Source: Deltaproteobacteria bacterium (GTDB lineage: Bacteria; Myxococcota_A; UBA9160; SMWR01). Taken from it: a DNA stretch of 64,000 bases. Positions 63,640 to 64,000 of the stretch are shown here, in pieces (positions within the stretch are counted from its first letter, which is position 1; each line of letters opens with the position of its first letter). Below the pieces are notes generated by a model, which had not been told where the DNA came from, made no database searches, and was given only the letters and a program-made list of their open reading frames with translations. A program made the position numbers and the translations under genes. The stretch spans positions 16,009-80,008 of the forward strand of contig JANNIY010000168.1 in NCBI GenBank assembly GCA_031405455.1, read 5' to 3'.

Positions 63640-64000
63640 GTGATCAACGGCACGGTGGAGCCGGGCTTCCTGCCCGTGGCGCGCGTGCTAGAGCGGCAGG
63701 TGCGCCGGGGTGGCGGCGCCGCCGTGTGCATCTACCACCGGGGCCGCAAGGTGGTCGACCTCTGGGCCGGCGAGCGCGACGCCGGCGGCCACGCCTGGAC
63801 CTCCGACACGATGGCGATGTCGTTCTCGACCACCAAGGGCGTGCTGGCGACGGCCCTGCACGTGCTCGCCGATCGCGGCCAGGTCTCGTACGAGGATCGC
63901 GTCGCCAGGCATTGGCCCGAGTTCGGCCAGGCCGGAAAAGCGTCGATCACGCTGCGCGACGTGCTGTCGCACCGGGCCGGCCTGCCGCAGATCCGCCCGC
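63640..64000 (+). CDS. Serine hydrolase (beta-lactamase / EstB-like, class C family), partial; continues right of the window
   Basis: Not in the track (open-ended). From GTG 63640: (M)INGTVEPGFLPVARVLERQVRRGGGAAVCIYHRGRKVVDLWAGERD...MAMSFSTTKGVLATALHVL (S-x-x-K nucleophile motif STTK). Confidence 0.8.
   Translation, partial: MINGTVEPGFLPVARVLERQVRRGGGAAVCIYHRGRKVVDLWAGERDAGGHAWTSDTMAMSFSTTKGVLATALHVLADRGQVSYEDRVARHWPEFGQAGKASITLRDVLSHRAGLPQIRP

Overview
High-GC (about 70% by eye), very gene-dense bacterial chromosomal segment. I can support about 58 protein-coding genes, 2 gene remnants, one coding tandem repeat and a few hairpins or regulatory spacers. I found no rRNA, tRNA, CRISPR array, transposase, integrase or phage gene. 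All family calls rest on motifs I recognise in the translations; no searches were run. Internal start coordinates were derived by counting residues from the supplied ORF track, and most starts could move by a few codons. The gene content includes two sigma54-type activators, HD-GYP, EAL and PilZ c-di-GMP proteins, RqcH, two P450s, PQQ genes and luciferase-like monooxygenase (LLM) remnants. This suggests a metabolically versatile Gram-negative lineage, perhaps Myxococcota- or Binatota-like, but that is only a guess. Layout: (1) 1-9057 is an envelope and modification block: acyltransferase_3 plus a POTRA-less Omp85 barrel, divergent from a PP-loop ATPase / methyltransferase / ATP-grasp cassette plus a P450, then a three-domain GT8 / methyltransferase-like / ELM1 protein. 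(2) 9069-14565 holds gpmA, an SLC13 permease, a zinc-ribbon protein, an LLM remnant, a DUF938 methyltransferase, an MTAN-like phosphorylase and a secreted Cys-rich protein. (3) 14694-21500 holds a GT-C glycosyltransferase, a hybrid histidine kinase, a PhyH dioxygenase, a GT2 and a kinase. (4) 21825-29945 holds a secreted repeat protein, rqcH, mutM, an HD-GYP protein and ileS. (5) 29983-38851 is one co-oriented string: acyl-CoA dehydrogenase, pqqB, a pqqC/D fusion, pqqE, an SGNH hydrolase, asnB and an AI-2E transporter, with no pqqA visible. (6) 38869-51092 is a long minus-strand oxidative/detox block: TauD, D-aminoacylase, an M50 protease, a receiver-less sigma54 activator, frmA, ICMT, a P450, a kinase, an LLM remnant, an SDR, an MBL hydrolase, a GST and HxlR. 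(7) 51180-59398 holds an EAL protein, UbiB, a possible diiron protein, AlgH, a CPBP protease, a double-PilZ protein, a 35-codon basic sORF, an ABM monooxygenase and corA. (8) 59423-64000 holds a methyltransferase, an unusual two-component operon and a partial serine hydrolase. In that operon the NtrC-like regulator lacks the GAFTGA loop and the Walker A lysine, and it is followed by a 94-aa two-TM mini-protein, a GAF histidine kinase and a small, possibly frameshifted secreted ORF. The best candidates for undescribed biology are that operon, the PP-loop/MTase/ATP-grasp cassette, the GT8-ELM1 fusion, the pqqA-less PQQ string and several unannotated small ORFs. None can be assigned a function from sequence alone.
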